36,668 nt of DNA from the NCBI GenBank assembly GCA_964423285.1, contig CAYREI010000002.1, forward strand, positions 11,753 to 48,420, in the 5' to 3' direction. A program made the translations under genes and the position numbers. Shown here in pieces: positions 25,783-35,982 of this stretch. The DNA is from an uncultured Pseudomonadales bacterium. Lineage in GTDB: Bacteria > Patescibacteriota > Microgenomatia > UBA1400 > PJMF01. The notes beneath the pieces are model-generated. The model did not search any database. It saw nothing but the letters and a program-made list of their open reading frames with translations, and had not been told where the DNA came from. Position 1 is the stretch's first letter; each line of letters begins with the position of its first letter.

Positions 25783-28700
25783 ATGTCACATAAGCTAAGA
25801 ATTAACTGGGGAAAAGATTATCGAGTACTCCCAAAACTAGATTTAATTAAGTTACAACAAGAGAGCTATCAACAATTTTTAGATTTTGGATTAAGAGAGT
25901 CACTTGATGAAATCAATGGCGAAAACGATAGTGGTATTAAAGATTTTACTGGTAAAAACTGGATTCTAAAATTTGGTAATTACCGATTTGGTGAGCTTAA
26001 ATATACTCCGACTGAAGCTAAAAAAAAGGGTGTGACTTATGATTTCCCTCTTTATGTTAAAGCTACTTTGACTAATCAAAGAACTGGAGCTACTCAAACT
26101 CAAGAGGTGTTCTTAGCAGATATGCCTAAGATGACCAAGGTAGGCACTTTTATTATTAATGGTATTGAACGAGCTGTAGTTACTCAACTAGTTCGTTCGC
26201 CTGGCGTTTCTTTCTCTGGAGATGAAGACAGTGGTCGGATTTTATATAAAGCTGAGCTTCGTCCAATGCGTGGTTCTTGGTTAGAGATAACTGTAGGCAA
26301 GCGTCAAGTTTTGTCAGTGAAAATTGATCGTCGTCGCAAGATGCCAGCAACTGTTTTGCTTCGAGCTATGGGTTATGGTTCTGATGAAGAACTAATGGAA
26401 TTATTTGCTAAAGAGATTAGTAATGATGAATACAATTTATTAGCAAACACGATTAAAAAAGATACTACTAAAACAGAAGAAGAAGCATTGATCGAACTAT
26501 ATGAAAAAATGCGCCCTGGAGAACCAGCTGTTTTAAATACTGCTCGAGGGTATTTATCCCAATTATTTTTTGATGCTCGTCGTTATGATCTAGGTGAAGT
26601 TGGTCGCTATAAACTTAATAATCGTTTAAAGCAAGATATTAAAGAAGATGTCACTGTTTTAACTAAAGAAGACATAATATCTACAATTAAATACTTAATT
26701 AATTTACAAAATGGACAAGGTAAAGTTGATGATATTGATCATCTTAGTAATCGTCGAGTACGTCGAGTAGGTGAATTGGTTCAGGGCAATGCTGTTCGAA
26801 TTGGTCTAATTCGCTTAGAACGTTCTATTAGAGAAAAAATGTCATTAACTAAAACTGATGAAGCTTTAACTCCAGCTGCTTTAGTCAATGCCAGACCATT
26901 GATTGCTACTATTTCAGAATTTTTTCGACGCAATCGGCTTTCAACTATTTTAGATCAAACTAATCCTTTAGCTGAGATCGACAACCTACGTCGTTTATCA
27001 GTTATGGGCAGTGGAGGGGTAACTCGCGAGCGAGCTTCCTTCTCTATGCGCGATATTAATGCTTCTCAATATTCTAGAATTGACCCAGTTCGTTCACCAG
27101 AAGGACCAAATATCGGTCTGGTGACTTATTTTGCTCTTTATGTTCGAGTGAATAAATTTGGATTTTTAGAGGCTCCTTATTTAAAAGTAAAAAATCATCG
27201 TGGCAAAATGAAGGTTACCGATGAAATTGTTTATATGAATGCTGCTGATGAAGAAGATTGCAAAATTACTCATGCTGGAGTGGAAATAAATGATAAAGGT
27301 TATATTACTGAAGATTGGGTGCCAATTCGTTACATGAATCACTTTATTGAAGGCTCAGTTGAAGAGGTTGAATATATTGATGTTGTGCCATCTCAGGTTA
27401 TTGGTACATCTGCTTCATTAATTCCTTTTATCAATCATGATGAAGCTAATCGTGCCCTTATGGGTACTCATATGCAATGTCAGGCTGTACCCTTGGTGAA
27501 AGCTGACGCTCCAGTAGTTGGCACAGGTATGGAGGGAATTGTGGCTAGCGCTATGGGTAGAACCGTTAAAGCTTGGCATGCAGGTGAGGTGGAGTACGTG
27601 GATGGTAATCAAGTAGTGATTAAAGTTGATAAAAAAGAACTTAATAAGGTTAATAAAGAAGATTATCTTAATGTGGAAGAAGTTGACTTTAAAAATAATA
27701 AAGATATTTATCATCTCAGTACATTTGAAAGAACAGCTCAAAGCACTTGCTATTCTCAGCGAGCAATTGTTAGCCTTGGTGATAAGGTTAAAAAGGGCGA
27801 TACTATTATTGATGGCCCAGCTTCAGATAATGGAGAATTGGCTTTAGGAGCCAACTTATTAATTGCCTATAGTTCTTTTGAGGGTTTGGGTTATGAAGAT
27901 GCAATTGTTATTTCTGATCGGCTAGTACGAGAAGACGTTCTTACTTCAGTCCATATTAGTGAATATCGATCTAGAGTTATGGATACTAAATTAGGAGCTG
28001 AAGAGTTGACCAACGATATTCCCAATGTTTCAGAATCTTATTTATCAAATCTAACCGATGATGGCATCGTCGTAATTGGCAGTGTGGTTTCTTCTGGAGA
28101 TATTTTAGTAGGCAAAATTGCTCCTAAAGGTGAAACTGAGCTTTCTCCTGAAGAGAGATTGCTAAGAGCTATTTTCGGTGAAAAGTCTAGGGAAGTTAGA
28201 GATACCTCACTTCGTCTGCCTCATGGTTCTACCGGAACGGTAATTGATGTCCAAATTTTAGACAGAGATAAGGGTGATGAGTTAGATCCAGGAACTCTTA
28301 AAGAAGTGACTGTAAAAGTTGCTCAAACTCGTAAAATTACTGTCGGCGATAAATTGGCTGGTCGTCACGGTAATAAAGGTGTAATTTCTAAGATTGTGCC
28401 ACAAGCAGATATGCCTCATTTAGAAGATGGTACTGCAATTGATATTATTATTTCTCCACTTTCAGTTTTGGCTCGTATGAATTTAGGTCAATTATTAGAA
28501 GCTAACCTAGGTTGGGCGGCTCAAAGCTTAGGTTGTAAAATAGCTATTCCTGCTTTTGAACAAATTGATGAAGAAAAAATTTGGGATACTTTAGAAGAAG
28601 CAGGTTTGCCTCGATCTGGAAAAATACAACTTTATGATGGTCGAACTGGTGAAGAATTTAGAGAATTAACAGTAGTTGGAATTGGATACATTTTAAAACT

Positions 28701-29172
28701 TGCTCATATGGTAGAAGATAAAGTTCACGCTCGTTCTACTGGACCATATTCTCTGGTGACTCAACAGCCTTTAGGTGGGAAAGCTCAAATGGGTGGTCAG
28801 CGAATGGGAGAAATGGAAGTTTGGGCTTTGGAAGCTCATCGAGCTGCTTATACTCTCCAAGAGATGCTAACTATTAAGTCTGATGATGTAAAAGGTAGAG
28901 GTAGAGCTTTTGAAGCTATGGTTAAAGGGGAGGAAATTCCTGCCCCAACTGTTCCAGAATCATTTAAAGTTTTAGTTAGAGAATTAAATTCATTATGTTT
29001 AGATGTAATTCCTCATGAGATTGAAGAGAGAGTTGAAGAAAAAAAATCAGCTGATAGCGACACTAAAAAAGATGGTGCTGTAGTTAGCGATGATGATTCT
29101 TCAGCAACCCCCGCTGTTAAAGATACTAATGAGGATCAGTCATTAGATACTGACACTAAGGACAAGGAGTAA
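25783..29172 (+). CDS. rpoB: RNA polymerase beta subunit
   Basis: GTFIINGIER, PEGPNIGL, GDKLAGRHGNKGV, GGQR.GEMEVWALEA; SD AGGAG. Confidence 0.99.
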   Translation: MSHKLRINWGKDYRVLPKLDLIKLQQESYQQFLDFGLRESLDEINGENDSGIKDFTGKNWILKFGNYRFGELKYTPTEAKKKGVTYDFPLYVKATLTNQRTGATQTQEVFLADMPKMTKVGTFIINGIERAVVTQLVRSPGVSFSGDEDSGRILYKAELRPMRGSWLEITVGKRQVLSVKIDRRRKMPATVLLRAMGYGSDEELMELFAKEISNDEYNLLANTIKKDTTKTEEEALIELYEKMRPGEPAVLNTARGYLSQLFFDARRYDLGEVGRYKLNNRLKQDIKEDVTVLTKEDIISTIKYLINLQNGQGKVDDIDHLSNRRVRRVGELVQGNAVRIGLIRLERSIREKMSLTKTDEALTPAALVNARPLIATISEFFRRNRLSTILDQTNPLAEIDNLRRLSVMGSGGVTRERASFSMRDINASQYSRIDPVRSPEGPNIGLVTYFALYVRVNKFGFLEAPYLKVKNHRGKMKVTDEIVYMNAADEEDCKITHAGVEINDKGYITEDWVPIRYMNHFIEGSVEEVEYIDVVPSQVIGTSASLIPFINHDEANRALMGTHMQCQAVPLVKADAPVVGTGMEGIVASAMGRTVKAWHAGEVEYVDGNQVVIKVDKKELNKVNKEDYLNVEEVDFKNNKDIYHLSTFERTAQSTCYSQRAIVSLGDKVKKGDTIIDGPASDNGELALGANLLIAYSSFEGLGYEDAIVISDRLVREDVLTSVHISEYRSRVMDTKLGAEELTNDIPNVSESYLSNLTDDGIVVIGSVVSSGDILVGKIAPKGETELSPEERLLRAIFGEKSREVRDTSLRLPHGSTGTVIDVQILDRDKGDELDPGTLKEVTVKVAQTRKITVGDKLAGRHGNKGVISKIVPQADMPHLEDGTAIDIIISPLSVLARMNLGQLLEANLGWAAQSLGCKIAIPAFEQIDEEKIWDTLEEAGLPRSGKIQLYDGRTGEEFRELTVVGIGYILKLAHMVEDKVHARSTGPYSLVTQQPLGGKAQMGGQRMGEMEVWALEAHRAAYTLQEMLTIKSDDVKGRGRAFEAMVKGEEIPAPTVPESFKVLVRELNSLCLDVIPHEIEERVEEKKSADSDTKKDGAVVSDDDSSATPAVKDTNEDQSLDTDTKDKE

Positions 29173-29176
29173 AGAT

Positions 29177-32100
29177 ATGCAAGATTCACTACAAAACATC
29201 ATCGATTTTTCAGCATTAGAGATCAAAATTGCCAGTCCAGAAACAATTTTATCTTGGTCTCGTGGGGAAGTTAAGAAACCAGAAACAATTAACTATCGTT
29301 CTCTTAAAGCTGAAAAAGACGGTCTATTTGATGAGAAGATATTTGGTCCAATTAAAGATTATGAGTGTGCCTGCGGAAAGTATAAAAGAGCTAGATATAA
29401 AGGAATTATTTGTGATAAATGTGGAGTTGAAGTTACTCATTCTAGAGTTAGAAGAGAACGGATGGGACATATCAGTTTGGCAGCTCCAGTAGCTCACATT
29501 TGGTATTTCAAGGGAGCTCCTTCCAAGCTATCTTTATTACTTGATATTTCCCCTAAAAGTTTAGCCTCAATTATTTATTTTGCTCAGTATGTAGTTTTGG
29601 AAATAGATGCTCAACAAAAAACTGAAAATCTAGAACAACTAGAAGTTTCTTTAGCAACATCACAAGATAAACTTAAAGAACTTGCTAAGCAAGCGATTGT
29701 GGAAGTCCAAGCAGCTTTAAAAGAAGAAAAGAAAAATTTAGCTAAAAAAGTTTCTAATAAAGAAACTTTGGAATTAAAAATTGAAGAAGCCACAATTAAG
29801 GCTAAACAACAAATTGCTAATCTTAAATCTAAACTTGATGAGCAATTGGAGCAGACCACTGAGATTTATACCACTATTAAAAAGATGGTTAAGAAGATTA
29901 AAAAAGGTACTATTCTCAGCGAAGATGAGTACATTAAGCTTATGGATTATGACGCGGATACTCATATTCGAGTAGGCATGGGAGCAGAAAGTATTTTAGA
30001 GTTGGTAAAAGATTTAGATTTAGATACTTTAGTCGATCAACTTCGCGAAGAGATAGTTAATTCTAAAGGTGCTCGTAAAGTTAAGATGATCAAGCGTTTA
30101 AGAGTAGTCGAAGGTCTTCGTAAAGCTGAAATTAATCCGACTTGGATGTTTGTAACTGTATTACCAGTTATTCCTCCTGATTTACGTCCTATGGTTCAAC
30201 TTTCAGGTGGTCGATTTGCCACTTCTGATTTGAATGATCTTTATCGTCGAGTTATTAACCGTAATAACCGGTTAAAACATCTGATTGATTTAGGGGCTCC
30301 TAATATTATTTTGCGTAATGAAAAACGCATGCTTCAAGAAGCAGTAGATTCATTAATTGATCAAAGTAATACTAAGCGCCGTCGACAACGAGAACTCAGA
30401 TCCCTATCGGATATGCTCAAGGGTAAGCAAGGTAGATTTCGTCGCAATCTTTTAGGAAAACGAGTTGATTATTCAGGACGAAGTGTGATCGTGGTTGGTC
30501 CAGAACTAAAACTTAATCAATGTGGTTTGCCCAAAGAAATGGCTTTAGAAATGTATAAACCATATGTGCTCAGAGAATTAATTCTTAATGGCATTGCACC
30601 TAATGTAAAAAGCGCTCGTCACCTAATTGATCGTCGTGAACCTGAAGTTTACGATATTTTGGAGAGAGTAACTGAAAATCATCCAGTAATTTTAAACCGA
30701 GCTCCAACTCTACATAAATTGGGTCTGCAAGCTTTTTATCCTATATTAGTTGAAGGTAAAGCTATTCGACTTCATCCTTGCGTATGCGCTGGATACAATG
30801 CTGATTTTGATGGTGATCAAATGGCAGTTCATTTGCCACTCACTAAACAAGCTCAACAAGAACAAATTGATCTGTTAATGTCAACCCAAAACTTGTTAAA
30901 ACCAGCTAATGGCGAACCTGTAACTATGCCTAATAAAGAAATGGCAATGGGAGTTTATTATCAAACTATTATGGACCCAGATCTTTCAGAGTATCCTACG
31001 ATTTTTGCTGATACAACAGAGGCTATTCATGCTTACCAAATAGGATTGATTGATCTCCATCAGCCGATTAAAGTTCGCTTAGATGTAGATAAAAAATTAA
31101 AGATTATCAAAACTACTGTGGGGAGAATTGAATTCAATCAGCTTTTAAAGGGTAATTTTGCTTATATTAATGAGGCGGTGACTGCCAAAAAAATTAAAGA
31201 ACTAGTAACCATAGCTATTGAGACTCAACCTAGAGATCAGATTACTCAATTAATTGATAACATTAAAGATGTTGGTTTTGAAGCTGCCACTCGTTCTGGA
31301 ATTTCTGTCTCAGTGGTTGATTGTGCGATGCTTAGCGAAAAAGACCAAATTATTGATAAAGCTAATAAAAAAGTAGGAAAAATCCAAAATAGCTATCAAG
31401 AAGGTTTAGTTACAGATGAAGAACGCAAAAAATTAACCTATAAGGTTTGGATGGATACTACTGAGGAGGTAGCTGATAAAACTTGGAATTCATACGATGA
31501 AAATAATGCAGTTAAAGTAATTATTAACTCTGGAGGCACACGTGCTTCTAAAGATCAAGTCAAGCAGTTGGCTGCAATGAGGGGATTGGTGGTAGATCCT
31601 TTAGGAAATATTGTGGAAATGCCTACTAAGTCTAACTTTAGACAAGGCTTATCAATTTTTGAGTATGTGACATCAGCTCGTGGTTCAAGAAAAGGTTTGA
31701 CTGATTCAGCTCTTAAAACTGCTGACGCTGGCTATTTAACTAGAAGATTGGTTGATGTATCTCATGATGTTATTATCCGTCAAGATGATTGTGGTACAAA
31801 AAATGGAATTGAGATTTCTAAAGATAATCGAGGAAATAGTTTTGCTAATCGTGTGACTGGGAGAGTTTCTTTGAAGAATATTAAGATCGGTTCTAAAATT
31901 GTGCTTAAGGCTGGAGAAATTATTACTCCTAAATTAGCTGAAAAGTTAGCAGCAGATGAAAAAACTACTACGATTGAGATTAGATCTCCTTTAACTTGTG
32001 AAGCCACCAAAGGTATGTGTGCTCACTGTTATGGTTGGGATTTTTCTACACGTAAAATGGTTGAGGTAGGTGTCCCAGTAGGTGTAGTGGCTGCTCAATC

Positions 32101-32875
32101 AATTGGAGAACCAGGAACACAATTGACTATGCGAGTTAAACATTCTGGAGGCATTGTTGGTTTAGATGTGACCCAAGGATTACCTAGGGTTGAAGAAATT
32201 TTTGAATCACGCAATCCTAAAAATAAATCAATTATTTCTGAGTTAACTGGAAAAGTTAAAATTAATAAAACTGATGATGAAACAGAGGTTACCATAATTA
32301 CAACCTCCTCACCTAAGGAAGAGATAGTTTATAAAATTAATCATAACACTGCTTTAATTGTAGAAGATGGAGACTTAATCGCTGCGGGTGAAAAATTAAC
32401 AGCAGGTAGTGTCAATCTCAGTGAATTGATGCAAATTCGAGGTTTACTCTATGCTCAACAGCATGTAGTCGATGGAGTTCAGTTTGTGTATGAATCACAG
32501 GGTATCACCATTCATGACAAACACTTTGAAGTCATTGCTAGAAAAATGGGCGATAAAGTTAAAATTGAGAAACCAGGTGATACTGAGTTTTTAACAGGAG
32601 AAGTAATCGAAAGAAGTCAATTAATTCAAGGCAATGACGACATTATGGCTGCTGGCGGAGAACCAGCTAGTGCTAAAGTCATGTTGCTGGGAATTACTCG
32701 TAGTGCACTTTATACTCATTCATGGTTGTCGGCAGCTTCGTTCCAGCATACTAAGAGTGTTTTAACTAATGCTGCTGCTAGAGGAGCAATTGACTATCTT
32801 GAAGGATTAAAAGAAAATGTTATTATCGGGCGTTTAATTCCTACTTCACCAGAGAGAGCCCAGATAGCTGTATAA
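29177..32875 (+). CDS. rpoC: RNA polymerase beta' subunit
   Basis: Zn finger C.CGKY...C.KC, NADFDGD, AAQSIGEPGTQLT, GLKENVIIGRLIP. Confidence 0.99.
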   Translation: MQDSLQNIIDFSALEIKIASPETILSWSRGEVKKPETINYRSLKAEKDGLFDEKIFGPIKDYECACGKYKRARYKGIICDKCGVEVTHSRVRRERMGHISLAAPVAHIWYFKGAPSKLSLLLDISPKSLASIIYFAQYVVLEIDAQQKTENLEQLEVSLATSQDKLKELAKQAIVEVQAALKEEKKNLAKKVSNKETLELKIEEATIKAKQQIANLKSKLDEQLEQTTEIYTTIKKMVKKIKKGTILSEDEYIKLMDYDADTHIRVGMGAESILELVKDLDLDTLVDQLREEIVNSKGARKVKMIKRLRVVEGLRKAEINPTWMFVTVLPVIPPDLRPMVQLSGGRFATSDLNDLYRRVINRNNRLKHLIDLGAPNIILRNEKRMLQEAVDSLIDQSNTKRRRQRELRSLSDMLKGKQGRFRRNLLGKRVDYSGRSVIVVGPELKLNQCGLPKEMALEMYKPYVLRELILNGIAPNVKSARHLIDRREPEVYDILERVTENHPVILNRAPTLHKLGLQAFYPILVEGKAIRLHPCVCAGYNADFDGDQMAVHLPLTKQAQQEQIDLLMSTQNLLKPANGEPVTMPNKEMAMGVYYQTIMDPDLSEYPTIFADTTEAIHAYQIGLIDLHQPIKVRLDVDKKLKIIKTTVGRIEFNQLLKGNFAYINEAVTAKKIKELVTIAIETQPRDQITQLIDNIKDVGFEAATRSGISVSVVDCAMLSEKDQIIDKANKKVGKIQNSYQEGLVTDEERKKLTYKVWMDTTEEVADKTWNSYDENNAVKVIINSGGTRASKDQVKQLAAMRGLVVDPLGNIVEMPTKSNFRQGLSIFEYVTSARGSRKGLTDSALKTADAGYLTRRLVDVSHDVIIRQDDCGTKNGIEISKDNRGNSFANRVTGRVSLKNIKIGSKIVLKAGEIITPKLAEKLAADEKTTTIEIRSPLTCEATKGMCAHCYGWDFSTRKMVEVGVPVGVVAAQSIGEPGTQLTMRVKHSGGIVGLDVTQGLPRVEEIFESRNPKNKSIISELTGKVKINKTDDETEVTIITTSSPKEEIVYKINHNTALIVEDGDLIAAGEKLTAGSVNLSELMQIRGLLYAQQHVVDGVQFVYESQGITIHDKHFEVIARKMGDKVKIEKPGDTEFLTGEVIERSQLIQGNDDIMAAGGEPASAKVMLLGITRSALYTHSWLSAASFQHTKSVLTNAAARGAIDYLEGLKENVIIGRLIPTSPERAQIAV

Positions 32876-32902
32876 ATTAGTTTATGTTACAATCACGATC
32901 TC

Positions 32903-33313
32903 ATGCCAACAATTAATCAACTAGTCAGAAAAGGTCGTAAACGAAAGATTAAACGAGTTAAATCTACAGCTTTTCGACGCAGTTTTAATATGCTTAAAAA
33001 TAATCCGGTAAAGACTAACAATCCTCAAAAAAGAGGAGTTTGCACAGTTGTTAAAACTATGACTCCTAAAAAACCTAACTCCGCCTTGCGTAAAGTTGCT
33101 CGTGTTAGATTATCTAATAAAATAGAGGTCACAGCTTATATTCCCGGCGAAGGACATAATTTAGCAGAACATAGCATAGTTTTAGTTAGAGGCGGTAGAG
33201 TTAAAGATTTGCCCGGTGTAAAGTACCATATTATACGTGGTGTTTATGACAGTGAGGGAGTGGCTGATCGCAAAAGTAGTCGCAGTAAGTATGGTGTTAA
33301 AAAATCTAAATAA
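32903..33313 (+). CDS. rpsL: 30S ribosomal protein S12
   Basis: [29 protein letters not shown]. Confidence 0.99.
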   Translation: MPTINQLVRKGRKRKIKRVKSTAFRRSFNMLKNNPVKTNNPQKRGVCTVVKTMTPKKPNSALRKVARVRLSNKIEVTAYIPGEGHNLAEHSIVLVRGGRVKDLPGVKYHIIRGVYDSEGVADRKSSRSKYGVKKSK

Positions 33314-33315
33314 CT

Positions 33316-33792
33316 ATGAGAACTAAAAGTTTCCCACCACGCAATATTCAGCCAGATCTTAAATACGGTTCTGTCAGAGTCTCACAGCTAATTAATAGAG
33401 TGATGAAAAGTGGTAAAAAAACTATCGCCCAAAAACAAGTTTATCAGGCTTTTGAGATTATTAAGGAAAAAACTAAAAGAAAACCACTTGAAGTTTACGA
33501 AGAGGTTTTAGAAAAAATTCAGCCTCAAATTGAAGTCAGAACACGTCGTGTTGGTGGTGCATCTTATCAAGTGCCAACGCCGGTTAGATCTCGTCGAGCT
33601 TTCTCGCTGGCCTTAAGATGGTTAGTAGTTGAAGCCAACAAACGATCCAACCGAGACCATCATTCTTTTGCAGAAAAATTGTCTGCAGAAATATTGGATA
33701 TTTTAAATGGACAAGGTGGAACTATTAATCGTCGCGACACCAGTCATAAAATGGCTGACGCCAATAAAGCCTTTGCCCATTTCCGATGGTAA
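33316..33792 (+). CDS. rpsG: 30S ribosomal protein S7
   Basis: [31 protein letters not shown]. Confidence 0.99.
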   Translation: MRTKSFPPRNIQPDLKYGSVRVSQLINRVMKSGKKTIAQKQVYQAFEIIKEKTKRKPLEVYEEVLEKIQPQIEVRTRRVGGASYQVPTPVRSRRAFSLALRWLVVEANKRSNRDHHSFAEKLSAEILDILNGQGGTINRRDTSHKMADANKAFAHFRW

Positions 33793-33799
33793 AAATAAC

Positions 33800-35926
33800 A
33801 TGTCTACAAGTCAAGATAAGAAAATCCCCCTAGCCCGAATTCGTAACATTGGCATTATTGCTCATATTGATGCTGGTAAAACCACCACTACTGAGAGAAT
33901 TTTGTTTTACACTGGCCGAACTTATAAGATTGGTGAAGTTCATGAAGGTGAAGCTACAATGGACTGGATGCCTCAAGAACAAGAACGAGGCATTACCATT
34001 ATGTCGGCTGCCACGACAACTTTTTGGAAACCTTATTTTGACTCATATCTTCCCAAAGAGAATTATCGTTTAAACATCATTGATACCCCAGGCCATGTTG
34101 ATTTCACTGCTGAGGTTGAGCGTTCACTACGAGTTTTAGACGGTGGTATTACAGTACTTGATGCTTCTGAAGGAGTTCAATCTCAATCAGAAACTGTTTG
34201 GCGTCAAGCAGATAAATATAATGTGCCCAGAATTTGTTTTGTAAATAAAATGGATAAACTGGGTGCAGATTTTTTTGAAACCATTCAAGATATTAAAGAT
34301 AAATTTGGAGTTAAGCCAGCTATTTTAAATATACCTATGGGGGCTGAGGATCAATTTAAAGGAGTGATTCAGTTATTAGATCAAAAGGCTTATTTTTGGG
34401 AAGACAGAGCGGCTGCTATTGAACCAGAAATAAGAGATATTCCAGAAGAATATCGGGATAAAGTTAAAAAGTTGCGAGCTGAATTGGTAGAAGCTATTGC
34501 TGAAACAGATGATAAATTGATGGAAAAATATTTAATGGAAGAAGAGATTTCATTAAATGAGCTAAAAGCAGCATTACGTAAGGCTACAATTGATTATAAA
34601 TTAGTTCCAGTTATGGCTGGATCTTCACTTAAAAATACTGGTGTTCAGCCCTTATTAGATGCTGTCATAGAATATTTGCCATCACCAATGGATATAGAAC
34701 ATGTTTCTGGTATTGATCCTAAAACTGAAGAAGAAATAAAACGTAAACTTAAGTCAAGTGAACCTTTTGCAGGTCTAGCTTTTAAAATCCAAAGTGATCC
34801 CCATGTGGGTCGTTTGACTTATGTCAGAGTCTATTCTGGAAAAATTGAATCTGGAAGTTATATTTATAATTCTTCAACTGAAAAAAAAGAGCGTGTGGGT
34901 CGATTATTACTTATGCATGCTAATGATCGTGAAGAGATTGAGTATGCAGAAGCAGGAGAAATTGTAGCTTTAATTGGACTTAAAAACACTACTACTGGAG
35001 ATACTTTATGCGATGAAAATCATCCAATTAAGCTAGAAAGAATTATTTTTGCTGATCCAGTTATTTCTTTAGCGATTGAACCTAAAACTAAAGATGATCA
35101 AGAGAGAATGGGCATGGCTCTGAATAAATTATCTGAAGAAGATCCAACTTTTAGTATCAAAGTAGATCATGAAACTGGTCAAACTATTATTGGTGGAATG
35201 GGAGAGTTACATCTAGAAATTATTGTGGATAGAATGAAACGCGAATTTAATGTTGATGCTAATGTAGGTAAACCTCAAGTGGCATATAAAGAAACTATTA
35301 AAAAATATGCTGAAGGTGAAGGTAAATATATCAAGCAAACTGGTGGTCGAGGTCAATATGGCCACTGTTTAATTAAGATTGAACCAAAAGATCGTGGTGA
35401 TGGCTATGAATTTATTAATGAAATCACTGGTGGAGCTATTCCACGTGAATTTATTAAGCCAATAAATAAGGGCATTATAGAATCTATGGAGCGTGGCTAT
35501 TTAGCCAAGTATCCAATGATAGATTTTTCAGTTACGGTTTATGATGGTTCATATCATGATGTTGATTCTAGTGAGGTGGCTTTTAAAATGGCTGGTTCGT
35601 TGGCATTGCGAGATGCTTTAAGTAAAGCTGATGTGGTTTTACTAGAACCTATCATGAAGGTTGAAGTCACCGCTCCAGAAGATTTTATGGGCGATGTGAT
35701 TGGCGATTTAAGCAGTCGTCGTGGACAAATTCAAGGCACGGTTCATCGTGGTAAAATGGTAATTATTACTGGTTTAGTCCCGTTGGCAGAGATGCAGGGC
35801 TATGTTACAATTTTGAGAAGCATGACTCAAGGTCGTGCCTCAAGTGTATTATTACCAAGTCACTATGAAGAAGTGCCAACTAATATTACTCAGGAGATTA
35901 TTAAACAAAAAACTAAAGCAGAATAA
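33800..35926 (+). CDS. fusA: Elongation factor G
   Basis: [34 protein letters not shown]; start ATG 33800 just after the rpsG stop. Confidence 0.98.
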   Translation: MSTSQDKKIPLARIRNIGIIAHIDAGKTTTTERILFYTGRTYKIGEVHEGEATMDWMPQEQERGITIMSAATTTFWKPYFDSYLPKENYRLNIIDTPGHVDFTAEVERSLRVLDGGITVLDASEGVQSQSETVWRQADKYNVPRICFVNKMDKLGADFFETIQDIKDKFGVKPAILNIPMGAEDQFKGVIQLLDQKAYFWEDRAAAIEPEIRDIPEEYRDKVKKLRAELVEAIAETDDKLMEKYLMEEEISLNELKAALRKATIDYKLVPVMAGSSLKNTGVQPLLDAVIEYLPSPMDIEHVSGIDPKTEEEIKRKLKSSEPFAGLAFKIQSDPHVGRLTYVRVYSGKIESGSYIYNSSTEKKERVGRLLLMHANDREEIEYAEAGEIVALIGLKNTTTGDTLCDENHPIKLERIIFADPVISLAIEPKTKDDQERMGMALNKLSEEDPTFSIKVDHETGQTIIGGMGELHLEIIVDRMKREFNVDANVGKPQVAYKETIKKYAEGEGKYIKQTGGRGQYGHCLIKIEPKDRGDGYEFINEITGGAIPREFIKPINKGIIESMERGYLAKYPMIDFSVTVYDGSYHDVDSSEVAFKMAGSLALRDALSKADVVLLEPIMKVEVTAPEDFMGDVIGDLSSRRGQIQGTVHRGKMVIITGLVPLAEMQGYVTILRSMTQGRASSVLLPSHYEEVPTNITQEIIKQKTKAE

Positions 35927-35982
35927 TAAAAATAATAAATAAAAATAGCATTTAGCTATCATTAAAAATAAAAGGAGAAAAT

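Noticed and set aside
32903-33313. Streptomycin-resistance allele in rpsL
   Set aside because: Both key lysines (PKKPNSA, RVKDLPG) are wild type
33707-33799. 31-aa N-terminal extension of EF-G in the ORF track
   Set aside because: Overlaps rpsG out of frame; ATG 33800 gives a normal EF-G start
935-34073. Short shadow ORFs in the track (e.g. 935-1141, 3483-3695, 4333-4542, 6331-6639, 14313-14612, 17120-17494, 18627-18938, 27418-27741, 29229-29975, 31780-32295, 33849-34073)
   Set aside because: They lie within or opposite well-supported genes and show no recognisable motifs
35927-35982. A-rich repeats and small hairpin ATAGC-attta-GCTAT between fusA and tuf
   Set aside because: A 5-bp stem in low-complexity AT-rich DNA is expected by chance
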